Part shown: one piece after another, positions 20,593 to 30,104 of the stretch
Layout: every line of letters begins with the position of its first letter
Numbering within the stretch: position 1 is the stretch's first letter
Assembly (NCBI GenBank): GCA_026387175.1
Contig: JAPLME010000006.1
Coordinates: forward strand, 172,078 to 236,077
DNA from: Candidatus Omnitrophota bacterium
Lineage (GTDB): Bacteria > Omnitrophota > Gorgyraeia > 2-01-FULL-45-10
Length of the DNA stretch: 64,000 bases
Direction of reading: 5' to 3'
Program-made: the position numbers and the translations under genes
Notes under the pieces: generated by a model
Told to the model about the DNA's origin: nothing
Database searches by the model: none
What the model saw: only the letters and a program-made list of their open reading frames with translations

Positions 20593-20619
20593 TTAGCACT
20601 CTACACCAATGAGTGCTAA
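20593..20619. promoter_or_regulatory. CIRCE operator (HrcA binding site), perfect consensus
   Basis: The sequence reads TTAGCACTC-tacaccaat-GAGTGCTAA immediately upstream of hrcA. The right arm overlaps the hflX stop codon. Confidence 0.9.
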
Positions 20620-21875
20620 ATGTCAAGGGGATTTTCCGGAAATTCTTTACCCAGGAGCTCTTTCAGGCGCAGGGGGACCTCGGCCTCTATCAGGAGCTCA
20701 TCGCCCACATACTCTTGTTTCCTGATGAAACCGTTTTCGTGAATCAGGTTGAGCGTCTTGGCATCGCCGGCGGAGATCTTGATATTGATAAGGGCGGTCA
20801 GGCCCTTCATATGCTGAAGAATTTTCGAGATGAAACCATCAAATCCTTCCTTTTTCAACGCCGATATCAAGACTGGAGCATCAAAATGCTTTTTGAGGCG
20901 TTCGATCACCGCATTATCCGCTACCTTGTCTATCTTATTAAGAACGGTGATCATAGGTTTATCGATCGCTTTTATCTCTTTCAATACATCATAGACTGCC
21001 TCGGCCTGTTCCAGGGCCTTTGGATGGCTCGAATCGACAATATGCAATATAAGGTCCGCTTCGGTCACCTCTTCGAGCGTAGCCTTGAAGGCCTCGATAA
21101 GATGGTGCGGGAGTTCTTTTATGAAACCGACCGTATCGATAAAGAGCACCTTCTGGTTATTAGGCATGATAAATTTTCTTACGGTCGGGTCCAGTGTGGC
21201 AAATAATTTATCCCGGACGACAACATCGGAACCTGTCAGCGCATTAAGAAGGGTCGACTTCCCGACATTGGTATAACCCACTATGGCGACAGTAAGCAGC
21301 GAATGCCGCGAGCGCTTCGTCCGCATCATATCTCGCCTCTTCCCGAGGCCCTCCAGGTCCTTTGTAAGTTTAGAGACCCTGGCTTTTATTTTGCGGCGAT
21401 CCACTTCGAGCTTCTGTTCGCCCGGCCCGCTCGTACCTATCCCTCCTCCGAGCCTCGACATCTCGATTCCCTTACCCATAAGACGCGGCAGCATATATTT
21501 AAGCTGCGCGAGCTCCACCTGCAGCTTGCCTTCATTGGAATGCGCGCGGCGCGCGAATATATCCAGGATAAGCTGCGTCCTGTCGATCGTCTTTACGCCT
21601 ATTACCTCCTCGAGGTTCTTCTGCTGTGAAGCGGTGAGGTCATTATTGAATATCACGACATCTATGTCCTCGGAGAGACATATCCCGGCCAGCTCTTCGG
21701 CCTTGCCGCTGCCTATAAAGGACGCGGGGCTCGGCTCGTGCCTGTGGACTATCTCCCGACGCACAACCTTGGCGAGCGCCGAAGCTGCCAGTTCGGCGAG
21801 CTCAGCCGAGCGCTCCTCCGCGCTCCATACATCCCGCTTACCGAAATCGACCGTCACCAGGACCGCGCGCTCCAT
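20616..21875 (-). CDS. hflX: GTPase HflX
   Basis: 419 aa with the HflX N-terminal domain and a G domain (GYTNVGKSTLLNALT, DTVGF, NKID). Confidence 0.9.
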   Translation of the reverse strand: MERAVLVTVDFGKRDVWSAEERSAELAELAASALAKVVRREIVHRHEPSPASFIGSGKAEELAGICLSEDIDVVIFNNDLTASQQKNLEEVIGVKTIDRTQLILDIFARRAHSNEGKLQVELAQLKYMLPRLMGKGIEMSRLGGGIGTSGPGEQKLEVDRRKIKARVSKLTKDLEGLGKRRDMMRTKRSRHSLLTVAIVGYTNVGKSTLLNALTGSDVVVRDKLFATLDPTVRKFIMPNNQKVLFIDTVGFIKELPHHLIEAFKATLEEVTEADLILHIVDSSHPKALEQAEAVYDVLKEIKAIDKPMITVLNKIDKVADNAVIERLKKHFDAPVLISALKKEGFDGFISKILQHMKGLTALINIKISAGDAKTLNLIHENGFIRKQEYVGDELLIEAEVPLRLKELLGKEFPENPLDI

Positions 21876-21876
21876 A

Positions 21877-22812
21877 TCATCGCACCTCTTTCATTATCTT
21901 ATTTACTATCTTTGCCCCGGTATTCCGGGTGATGTCGTACCATTTTATTCTCTTGTCCGGACGAAACCAGGTGAGCTGGCGCTTGGCGAAACGCCGGGTA
22001 TTCATCTTGACCAGACCCTTTGCGTATTCCAGGTCATACTCGCCGTCCAGATAATCCGCTATCTCCTTAAATCCCAGAACTTCCCTGGCCGTCTTCGACA
22101 TTCTCTTCCTGGCCAGCCTCTTTGCTTCAACCACGGCTCCGAAGGCAAACATCTCATCGACACGGGAATCTATACGGGAATATATTTTTTCTCTTGGGGC
22201 GATGAGGCCGAATATCCGTATATCATAAAGGTCCTTTAATCCTCTGGTCGTCGACTTCAGCTCCGTCATCGTCCGGCCGGTCGACTCAAATATCTCAAGC
22301 GCCCTTATTATGCGCCGGACGTCATTAGGATGAATCTTCCCGGAGGATATCGAATCTATCTTCGCAAGCCGCTCATGCAGTTTTTTGGATCCATGGCGGG
22401 AGACGAAGGCCTGCATTCTTTTTCTGAATTTCATATCGGCCTCCGGACTCAAGAAGAGGCCGTCCACCAGGGCCTTCACGTAAAGACCGCTTCCTCCGGC
22501 GACTATCGGGATCCTTTTTCTATTTATAATGGCTTCGATTAACGGCATGGCCCTTTTTATAAATACGGCCGCGCTGTATTCTTTTTTTGGATCGAGGATA
22601 CCTACCAGATGATGTTTCACCAGCGCCCTCTCTTTCTTCGACGGCGACTGGCTTAATATACGCATACCCCTGTAAACCTGCATCGAGTCACAGGAGATTA
22701 TCTCTCCGTGGATTTTTTTTGCGAGAACCACCGCAAGGCGGGTCTTACCTATAGCAGTGGGACCGACTATGAACAATACGCATTTCCTGCGGGGCTTATT
22801 CATTAATCGCAC
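21877..22812 (-). CDS. miaA: tRNA dimethylallyltransferase
   Basis: 311 aa with a P-loop GPTAIGKT and a MiaA core. Confidence 0.9.
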   Translation of the reverse strand: MRLMNKPRRKCVLFIVGPTAIGKTRLAVVLAKKIHGEIISCDSMQVYRGMRILSQSPSKKERALVKHHLVGILDPKKEYSAAVFIKRAMPLIEAIINRKRIPIVAGGSGLYVKALVDGLFLSPEADMKFRKRMQAFVSRHGSKKLHERLAKIDSISSGKIHPNDVRRIIRALEIFESTGRTMTELKSTTRGLKDLYDIRIFGLIAPREKIYSRIDSRVDEMFAFGAVVEAKRLARKRMSKTAREVLGFKEIADYLDGEYDLEYAKGLVKMNTRRFAKRQLTWFRPDKRIKWYDITRNTGAKIVNKIMKEVR

Positions 22813-23660
22813 GTGTCATCAGTGCAGAGGCTGGTACGGTAACCATCCGACTCCAGCTTAGAGGCCATCCTGGAAGCTTCATCTTTCGAGGCGAATTTCC
22901 CTACTTTAACTCTATAGAATTTGTCGCTTGAGAAGACAGGTATTGTCACGTAACTTTCATAGCCGCGGGCGGAGAGCCTCTTGACCAGCTTATCCGCGTT
23001 CCTCTTATTCTTGAAAGACCCTACCTGCACGGAGTGTATGCCCGGGCCGCTATACGGTGAAGGGGCTTTTCTGGCCCGTCTGCCTAACATTGGTTCTTGT
23101 GCAGTCGGGCAGGCCGTTATATTTTGAAGGGGAGAACTTACAGCCGGCGCTGACTTAGCTTCGAAGCTAAGCGGCGCTTTCGTCCTGACCATGGCATGAT
23201 AAGAATCCGCCTTGTCGCGCAGGCCCATTTTGGCATAACACGAACTCAAGCGGCTGTACACTATCGCTATATTCTTATCTGAAGGATAGTTATCAGCTAT
23301 CTCATTGTAAACATTGAGCGCCTTGGTATTATTGCCTTCGAGAAAGTACGAATCACCTACACCGAGGCGCGCGTCAAATACCTTCTTTGACCATGAATAG
23401 TGAGATATTATATAGTTGAAGCTCGCCCTGGCGTCGCTGAATTTATTGGCCTTAAGCTCACTCAGGCCTTTCAGGTAATATAGCTCGTCCTTCCGGCCCG
23501 ATCCGGAGTTTATAAGCTCTTCCGATTCCGATATGACCGAGTTATATTTACCTTCGAGAAAATATTTCTCGACAACGGAGAAGCTTGCCGACGATGCCGC
23601 AAATAGCGGCTGCGCCGTAATAAAAACCGATACAAGAACCGATAATGATACCTTCCTCAT
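22803..23660 (-). CDS. Secreted TPR-repeat protein with a C-terminal SPOR (septal peptidoglycan-binding) domain
   Basis: Signal peptide and TPR-like repeats, followed by a SPOR-like C-terminus (SVQVGSF...YRVKVGKF...). Confidence 0.7.
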   Translation of the reverse strand: MRKVSLSVLVSVFITAQPLFAASSASFSVVEKYFLEGKYNSVISESEELINSGSGRKDELYYLKGLSELKANKFSDARASFNYIISHYSWSKKVFDARLGVGDSYFLEGNNTKALNVYNEIADNYPSDKNIAIVYSRLSSCYAKMGLRDKADSYHAMVRTKAPLSFEAKSAPAVSSPLQNITACPTAQEPMLGRRARKAPSPYSGPGIHSVQVGSFKNKRNADKLVKRLSARGYESYVTIPVFSSDKFYRVKVGKFASKDEASRMASKLESDGYRTSLCTDDTCD

Positions 23661-24964
23661 CCGGCTATCCTCCCCCTTAGAGCGTAAGGCGTTACGGATT
23701 CGACCTCAATCTCCGCTAATTTTCCCGTCAGAGACACGCTTCCCTTAAAGACGGCCGGCTTATTCGTCCTGGTCCTGCCGATCAAAAAGGCCTTATCCTT
23801 TTTATTGGTTCCCTCTATCAGCACCTCGACTGTCTTATCCACAAGATATCTGTTTCGCTCCCCGGAAATACCGCACTGAAGCCTGCTGATGAATTCCAGG
23901 CGCGAGGCTTTCACCTCCGGAGGCACATCGTCCGGGAGCTTCGACGACTTTGTCCCGGCGCGCGGCGAATATTTAAACGTATAAGCGCTGTCGAAATTTA
24001 TCTCTTTCAGTATATCGCACGTCTTCTTGAAATCGCCGGAGCTCTCGGACGGAAAGCCGACTATCACATCGGTAGTGATACTGCCGCCGGGAACCATTCT
24101 CTTATAATCTTCGGCTAATTTCAAATACTTTTTTGAATTATATTTTCTATTCATAAGCTTCAGGATACGGTCCGAGCCCGACTGTAGCGGCAGATGAAGA
24201 TGCTCGCAGACTTTGTCGAGATCGCGCATGGCCCTGAATAGCTCCGTATGTGCGTCCCTGGGATGGCTCGTCATGAACCGGATGCGTTCTATGTCTTTTA
24301 TCTTGTTTATATCCTTCAGTATATTTATAAAATCTTTACCGCACGCCGCCCTGTAAGAATTGACGTTCTGGCCCAGGAGCAGCACTTCCTTAAACCCGCG
24401 AGCGGCAAGGTCCTTCACTTCCCGAATGATGTCTTTGGCATCGCGCGAACGTTCCCTGCCGCGCACATACGGCACAATACAATATGAGCAGAAATTATTG
24501 CATCCCTCGCCTATCGAAACAAGCGCCTTAAATTTATTCTCGCGGTATTTCGGGAAAGCCTCGGGTTTCTTTTCATTGACCTTGTCGGCGGCTATTATAC
24601 GGCATCTCTTCTTCAATACGTCCTTTATCAATCTCGGCAGGTCCGTCTCGTTGCCGGTTCCGCAGACGATATCTATTAACGGGGACCTGTCTATGGCCTT
24701 CGGCCCGTAAGCCTGGGCCGTGCAGCCCATAAGGGCGATCACAAGCTCAGTATTCTTCTTCTTAAGCTTTTTAAGACAGTCTATATTGTTGAACAGCCTC
24801 TCTTCGGCGTGCTTCCTCACGGAGCAGGAGTTGAATATGATAACTTCGGCAGTATCCATTGAATCGGACAGCCTGAATCCTTTATCAACCAGGATCCCCG
24901 CCACAAACTCCGAATCCCGGGTGTTCATTTGGCATCCAAAGGTTTTAATAAAAATCTTCTTCAT
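23657..24964 (-). CDS. miaB: tRNA-2-methylthio-N6-dimethylallyladenosine synthase (radical SAM methylthiotransferase)
   Basis: 435 aa with UPF0004 N-terminal cysteines, a radical SAM CNNFCSYC motif and a TRAM domain. Confidence 0.9.
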   Translation of the reverse strand: MKKIFIKTFGCQMNTRDSEFVAGILVDKGFRLSDSMDTAEVIIFNSCSVRKHAEERLFNNIDCLKKLKKKNTELVIALMGCTAQAYGPKAIDRSPLIDIVCGTGNETDLPRLIKDVLKKRCRIIAADKVNEKKPEAFPKYRENKFKALVSIGEGCNNFCSYCIVPYVRGRERSRDAKDIIREVKDLAARGFKEVLLLGQNVNSYRAACGKDFINILKDINKIKDIERIRFMTSHPRDAHTELFRAMRDLDKVCEHLHLPLQSGSDRILKLMNRKYNSKKYLKLAEDYKRMVPGGSITTDVIVGFPSESSGDFKKTCDILKEINFDSAYTFKYSPRAGTKSSKLPDDVPPEVKASRLEFISRLQCGISGERNRYLVDKTVEVLIEGTNKKDKAFLIGRTRTNKPAVFKGSVSLTGKLAEIEVESVTPYALRGRIAG

Positions 24965-25025
24965 AATTCTCTCAATTCTAACCCGACAAATCTAACCAGG
25001 TTATAAACTTTATAAACTTTTCGCA

Positions 25026-26195
25026 TTATGCTTTTGCGATAAATTTACAGATATAACCGGTGATGATGCCTGTGTATGTTCCAAGTATATTCCCCAGGAC
25101 CGCCATTAAGATCCCCACACATGCCAATGCCGGCTGATATACCGCCGCCACGATCGGCGCGGAAGCCGGGCCTCCGATATTCGCCTGGCTGGCAGTGACT
25201 ACCAGGAACATCGGCGCGCGCACAATCTTCGCGGCCGCGACGAGGATCAAACCGTGCAAAATGATCACGCAAAAACCCGCTCCAATAAGCACTAAAGCAG
25301 CATTTAGATCGCGGATGCAAGCCTTAGCGCCGATAGTAGTAAGCACGAAATATAAAAGCCAGTACCCGACCGCTGTTGAGTTTGATCGCTCAAGTTTTCT
25401 TGCCGGAGTAAGCGATAACAAAACACCCAGGATCGAAGCAAAGATGATCGTCCAGGTATATACCGAGATCATATTCCTGACGGCAGGCATATAATAAGCG
25501 CATATCCTGGAGAGAATAACCCCAGCCACAACGGTAAAAATTATCCATGCGGTCCCTTTTACCGAAAAACTTTTTTTAAGCTCCTCTTGGAGGCTCAAAT
25601 GCTGCTTCAGCTCCTCCATAACATTATTATCAACCTTGAACTTTTTATCGAAAATATTCTGCATCCCGACCGCCGCGATCAAAAACGCCATCCAGACATA
25701 AGGCACGACCGTATCCACGACAAGCATCGGAGCGAACACCTGCTCAGGAGCCCCTAACGCCTCCTTGACCGCTATCATATTAGCGCTGCCTCCGACCCAC
25801 GAGGCGGAAAGCGCGCCAAAACCGCTCCACATCTTGTTACCGACTATGCCTTTAAAGAGATAAAAGACCGAAGGGATCGCGACCATTATGGAGACGCTGC
25901 CGATTAACATCATGAACAGAGCCTTTTTGCCGAGCCGCGAGATCGCCTTAAGGTCGGTGCCAAGCAGAAGGAGAATAAGGCTCCCCGGAAGCACATTAGC
26001 CGCGATGATATTATAAAATGGATTTTCCGTAGTAATGAGGCCAAGCGACGAGAAAAGCATAGGTATCGCATAGATCCAGAAAACCGGCGGGATGAAATGG
26101 AAATATTTCTTGAATCTCCGCATACTGGAAATACACAGAACGCAAAATTCGATGAGAACCAGGATAGCGATGACTGCGTAAGAATTCGTAACCAT
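25026..26195 (-). CDS. Polytopic membrane protein (possibly DUF819 family)
   Basis: 389 aa with about 10 predicted TM helices and motifs SASWVGGSANM and TASQANIGGPASAPI. Confidence 0.5.
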   Translation of the reverse strand: MVTNSYAVIAILVLIEFCVLCISSMRRFKKYFHFIPPVFWIYAIPMLFSSLGLITTENPFYNIIAANVLPGSLILLLLGTDLKAISRLGKKALFMMLIGSVSIMVAIPSVFYLFKGIVGNKMWSGFGALSASWVGGSANMIAVKEALGAPEQVFAPMLVVDTVVPYVWMAFLIAAVGMQNIFDKKFKVDNNVMEELKQHLSLQEELKKSFSVKGTAWIIFTVVAGVILSRICAYYMPAVRNMISVYTWTIIFASILGVLLSLTPARKLERSNSTAVGYWLLYFVLTTIGAKACIRDLNAALVLIGAGFCVIILHGLILVAAAKIVRAPMFLVVTASQANIGGPASAPIVAAVYQPALACVGILMAVLGNILGTYTGIITGYICKFIAKA

Positions 26196-26198
26196 TTT

Positions 26199-27284
26199 TT
26201 AAGGTATTATACCTATCCCGCTTTTTACCCTACTGAGATCATACTCGCCGCTCCTTGAAAGGAATTTATGCTTATGCTTATCCTTCAAAAAGAACGGCGT
26301 ATCCAGATCTACATAATCGATAAACCCCAGGCCGGAAGCGATATGCGCCGAACAGGTCATGGCAAGGGCGCTCTCCATCATACCGCCGATCATAAGGCCG
26401 ATATGATTGGCTCTGGCCAAAAACGCGATCTCTCTTGCCTGCACCAGCCCGCATTTCATCAACTTGATATTGATAACATCGCAGGCCTTCTCTTTGACCG
26501 CCCAAACGGCATCCGCCATATTACTTACGCTTTCATCGGCACAAACCTTTGTCTTGGAAAGGCGGGTTACTTTTTTAAGCCCCTCCCTATCATCTTTGGG
26601 AACCGGTTGTTCGATGAGATCGGGAATGATATTGTATCTTTCAAGTTTTTTAAGGAACTTTAAGGTTTGTCGCGCGCTATAACCCTGGTTAGCGTCTAAA
26701 TACAATTTTGCTTTTTTCGCAATCCTGGCAACCACTATCACCCGTGCTAGGTCAAGATCCATATCACTGCCGATCTTGATCTTGAACGCCCTGAAACCAC
26801 GAAGGTAGAATTCTCTCGTCTTCTTCTCGGCGCTCTCTACTCTATCGATCACGATCGTGATATCGGTACGCAGCTTCACCGGCCTGTCTCCATACAATCG
26901 CCATAAAGGTATATTCAGAGAGCGCGCCAACGCGTCAAAAACCGCCATCTCGATAGCGGCAAGCGCGGCTTTATTATCCGGCAGCTGCCGGTGCAGCGCG
27001 GCCGAAATACTTAAATACTCAGCAACGTTATACCCCAGCAAACTTTGCCCGCACTTCTTAAGGTTCTCTTCCGTTTGCGATAATGTTTCACCGGTGATGT
27101 GCGTTGCCACCGCCGCTTCGCCAAAACCTGTGACACCATTATTGAGCTTGATCTTAAAAAGCAGATTATCCAAGGTATCATGCTGGCCAAACGCCGTGCG
27201 AAAAGGCTGGCTTAAGGGCGCCTTTAGCGGCGCAACTTCATACTGCTTGATCTGCATTCCCTTTTGTGCGGTCATGACTGCCAT
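26199..27284 (-). CDS. Enolase-superfamily enzyme, MLE subgroup, dipeptide (L-Ala-D/L-Glu) epimerase-like. The start is placed at the internal Met to avoid overlapping the cupin gene.
   Basis: KxK motif (FKIKIG), metal ligands DANQG/EQP/ADES and a second Lys (KLMKCG). Confidence 0.7.
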   Translation of the reverse strand: MAVMTAQKGMQIKQYEVAPLKAPLSQPFRTAFGQHDTLDNLLFKIKLNNGVTGFGEAAVATHITGETLSQTEENLKKCGQSLLGYNVAEYLSISAALHRQLPDNKAALAAIEMAVFDALARSLNIPLWRLYGDRPVKLRTDITIVIDRVESAEKKTREFYLRGFRAFKIKIGSDMDLDLARVIVVARIAKKAKLYLDANQGYSARQTLKFLKKLERYNIIPDLIEQPVPKDDREGLKKVTRLSKTKVCADESVSNMADAVWAVKEKACDVINIKLMKCGLVQAREIAFLARANHIGLMIGGMMESALAMTCSAHIASGLGFIDYVDLDTPFFLKDKHKHKFLSRSGEYDLSRVKSGIGIIP

Positions 27285-27319
27285 TTCATCCACTTGCCTT
27301 TTTAGTATAGCGCTATAAG

Positions 27320-27700
27320 CTATTTCGTTACCTCTTCGTCTTCCTTGCGCCAGGCAGGGTCGACGATGCATAAAAACACCAGATCCGACTTGCCGGTATT
27401 CCTGATATGCTGTGTAGAGTGCGGCGGAATATAGACGGCGCAGCCGCTACTCACTCTGGAGGCTTCTTTATCCACGTACATCAGACCGCAGCCTTTTAAT
27501 ATGTAATACACTTCCGTCGTCTTAAGAACGTGCGGTCTTGTGTCTTTTCCGGGTTTGACTACCGCGTGCGCCAGGCTATAACGAAATCTGAAGTCGCCTT
27601 TGGCGGGATGCAGCAGCTCGCGTAAGATCGCATTGTCCCTGGAGATAAATTTTTTGCATTTGTTTAAACGTCTTATGATCATAAGGTCTTTCAATACCAC
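27320..27700 (-). CDS. Cupin-domain protein
   Basis: 126 aa with a cupin_2 barrel (HPHVLKTTEVYYILKGCG...VYIPPHSTQHIRN). Confidence 0.65.
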   Translation of the reverse strand: MVLKDLMIIRRLNKCKKFISRDNAILRELLHPAKGDFRFRYSLAHAVVKPGKDTRPHVLKTTEVYYILKGCGLMYVDKEASRVSSGCAVYIPPHSTQHIRNTGKSDLVFLCIVDPAWRKEDEEVTK

Positions 27701-28170
27701 TTCTTGCCGGGAAGTTTACTCCATTTTTTAAAAAGCTGGTTTGATTCATCGCGCATAAAACCCGGGATTATCTTAATCTTTGCCTTCCCCAGCTTCTTCA
27801 TTCTGGCGTTGGAGATGGGAAGCTCGTTGAAGCCTATCTTCTTTGCATCGGCAATAGCATTGCCATATACCAGTACGCCGATCCCGGACCAATGGATGGC
27901 GCTAAAACACATCGGACAGGGTTCGGTCGTCGAATAGATCGAGCATCCGGAAAGGTCGAAAGTCTTTAATCTTTTCGATGCCAGCCGTATGGCGTTAACT
28001 TCCGCGTGGCATGTAGCGTCTTTTTTTAATACGGTATTGCGGCTTACGGCTATGACTTTACCGCCCTTAACGATGCAGGCGCCGAACGGCCCTCCCCGCA
28101 TATCGAGAAGATTCTTCCCTGCCTCTTTTAAGGCAAGGCCCATAAGCTCAAGCTCTGGTTTCATTTTCAT
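27691..28170 (-). CDS. CMP/dCMP-type nucleoside deaminase (TadA/guanine deaminase-like)
   Basis: Zn ligands HAE...PCPMC. The start is chosen at MKMKPELEL rather than at the ORF-track start. Confidence 0.7.
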   Translation of the reverse strand: MKMKPELELMGLALKEAGKNLLDMRGGPFGACIVKGGKVIAVSRNTVLKKDATCHAEVNAIRLASKRLKTFDLSGCSIYSTTEPCPMCFSAIHWSGIGVLVYGNAIADAKKIGFNELPISNARMKKLGKAKIKIIPGFMRDESNQLFKKWSKLPGKKWY

Positions 28171-28918
28171 TTCGCAATCTTTCCAGTTTAGTCTCTCTAT
28201 GAATCGCAATAACTAGTATTATGCAAATAACTATCGAAGAAGCCACTGTGCCAAAATTAATTCCGCCCTTGCTGGCAGGCTTCGTAAGAAGATCTCCGAA
28301 TGTGGCACCGAACGGCCTTGTCAGAACAAATGCCACCCAGAATAACAATATGTTGGAGATCTTTGTAAAGTAGTGCAACAGGGCGACGATGATGAGTATC
28401 GCGGATATCAAAATCGCGCTATTCATAAAACCAAGTCCCATGTTATCGGCAAAAAAATCTCCCGCTGCTGTTCCCAATGTATTTGCGATTAAAAAAGCCG
28501 CCCAATAAAAGAGCTCGGCCGTAGGCGTAGTGATATATTCTACATTTATCGACTTTTCTTTTTTGTACCAAACTGCGAGAATTATCAATAACATCACCAC
28601 TAAAACAATGGATCCTGATGCATAACCAAGCCCTAATGTGCGATCTATGAAATCGGATATCGCGGTACCTGCTATGGCCGATGCGGTAAAGGTCAGCCAG
28701 TAAACCAATGGATGGTAGCCTTTCAAAGAAAGTTTAATCACAAGCAATGCGAGAAAAAGGCTCATAAATATCGCGATGGTATGCCAATAACCTAAATTAA
28801 GGGTCATGGAAAACATATCCGCTCCGGTTTCCCCTAATGTTGTCGATACTATTTTGATTATCCAATATAGAAAAATAATGTGTGGAACTCTATTTTTTAT
28901 CGTAATATCCATATGCAT
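28148..28918 (-). CDS. Membrane protein with four internal repeats (TLG-x-GD-F / GLGY-type)
   Basis: 256 aa. It has repeating TM segments plus TLGETGADMFS, TAISDFIDRTLGLGY, TLGTAAGDFFADNMGLGF and PFGATFGDLL. Confidence 0.5.
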   Translation of the reverse strand: MHMDITIKNRVPHIIFLYWIIKIVSTTLGETGADMFSMTLNLGYWHTIAIFMSLFLALLVIKLSLKGYHPLVYWLTFTASAIAGTAISDFIDRTLGLGYASGSIVLVVMLLIILAVWYKKEKSINVEYITTPTAELFYWAAFLIANTLGTAAGDFFADNMGLGFMNSAILISAILIIVALLHYFTKISNILLFWVAFVLTRPFGATFGDLLTKPASKGGINFGTVASSIVICIILVIAIHRETKLERLRNENETRA

Positions 28919-28931
28919 CTCTCTGGGTTTC

Positions 28932-30071
28932 CTAATTAGACTTTCTGAATTTATCCTTCAGTCTTTCAATGCGCCGGGATGATTCTACGATCCCCTTCCG
29001 TGGTATCTCTCCACTCTTGACGGCCTTAAGAATTATATCTCTCGCTCTATAAGGAGCCATCTCGTCGTATGCGCTTCCATTGTTGGAGATGATCAATAGG
29101 TCGCACCCCGCGTTAACGGCCCTGATCACGGCTTCCTTGAAACCATAGCGCTCCGTGATCGCGCCCATCTGCATATCGTCCGATACGACGACGCCTTTGA
29201 AACCCAGTTTTTTTCTGAGTATCTCCGTTATATAATGCCCTGAAAGAGTCGCCGGATACTCAGAGTCTATCTTCTTATTTATAATATGGGCCGTCATAAC
29301 CATGTCGACTGCTCCGTCTTTAATAAGTTCTTTATATGGAATAAGCTCTCTGTCCTGATACGTTTCCGAAACATCCACCAATCCTTTATGGCTATCGGCT
29401 TTTGAGCTTCCATGCCCGGGGAAATGCTTGATCGCGGTCATGATCCCGTATTTATGCTGTCCCTCTATAAAGGCCCTGGCTTGCCCGGAAACTATTCTTT
29501 CATCGAATGAAAAAGAGCGCCCTAGCGCCCCGATGACGGGATTCTCAGGGTTTACGTTAACATCAACGACCGGGGCAAAGTTCACATTGAACCCAAGCTC
29601 CGAAAGCTCTCCGGCAAGCGACGTAGACGCTTTCACGGTCTCATTCAAATCATTTTTCTCCCCAAGCTCCCGGGCGCTTGGAACCGTGATAAAACCGTAT
29701 TCTGGTTTCAGGCGATTTACGCGCCCGCCCTCGGCATCGACGGCAACCATCAAAGGCGTCGAAGAGGATTTCTTGAGACCGTTTATAAGCTCTTTTACCT
29801 GAGAGGTGCTAATAATGTTCCTGGGGAAGCTTTTCGTCGGGCCATCGATATCAAACAGGATGACTCCGCCCAGGTTCAGGTTTTTAATAGCCTTTACGAT
29901 ATAAGAATTTTCATTCGCCTCGGTTCCGCGGAAACCGATGATAAGCATCTGCCCTATTCGCACCTTAAGATCTTCGTCTGTATATTTTTTCGTATTAAAA
30001 AAATAAGAGGCGATAAAGATAGATGTTAATAAAGCAATTAAACCGAAAAAATATGAAAACCTTGAATTCAC
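28932..30071 (-). CDS. Beta-N-acetylhexosaminidase, GH3 family (NagZ-like), N-terminally membrane-anchored
   Basis: GH3 motifs (KHFPGHG...D, VVSDDMQM) and an N-terminal hydrophobic anchor. Confidence 0.8.
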   Translation of the reverse strand: MNSRFSYFFGLIALLTSIFIASYFFNTKKYTDEDLKVRIGQMLIIGFRGTEANENSYIVKAIKNLNLGGVILFDIDGPTKSFPRNIISTSQVKELINGLKKSSSTPLMVAVDAEGGRVNRLKPEYGFITVPSARELGEKNDLNETVKASTSLAGELSELGFNVNFAPVVDVNVNPENPVIGALGRSFSFDERIVSGQARAFIEGQHKYGIMTAIKHFPGHGSSKADSHKGLVDVSETYQDRELIPYKELIKDGAVDMVMTAHIINKKIDSEYPATLSGHYITEILRKKLGFKGVVVSDDMQMGAITERYGFKEAVIRAVNAGCDLLIISNNGSAYDEMAPYRARDIILKAVKSGEIPRKGIVESSRRIERLKDKFRKSN

Positions 30072-30104
30072 ATTAAATCCACTTAACCACGTTTTTGCAA
30101 TTTC

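Noticed and set aside
27285-27371. An extended N-terminus of the enolase-superfamily gene (MHRRPCLAQGRRRGNE...).
   Set aside because: It overlaps the cupin gene by 52 nt, is Arg-rich and non-conserved, and an internal Met gives a standard-length N-terminus for the family.
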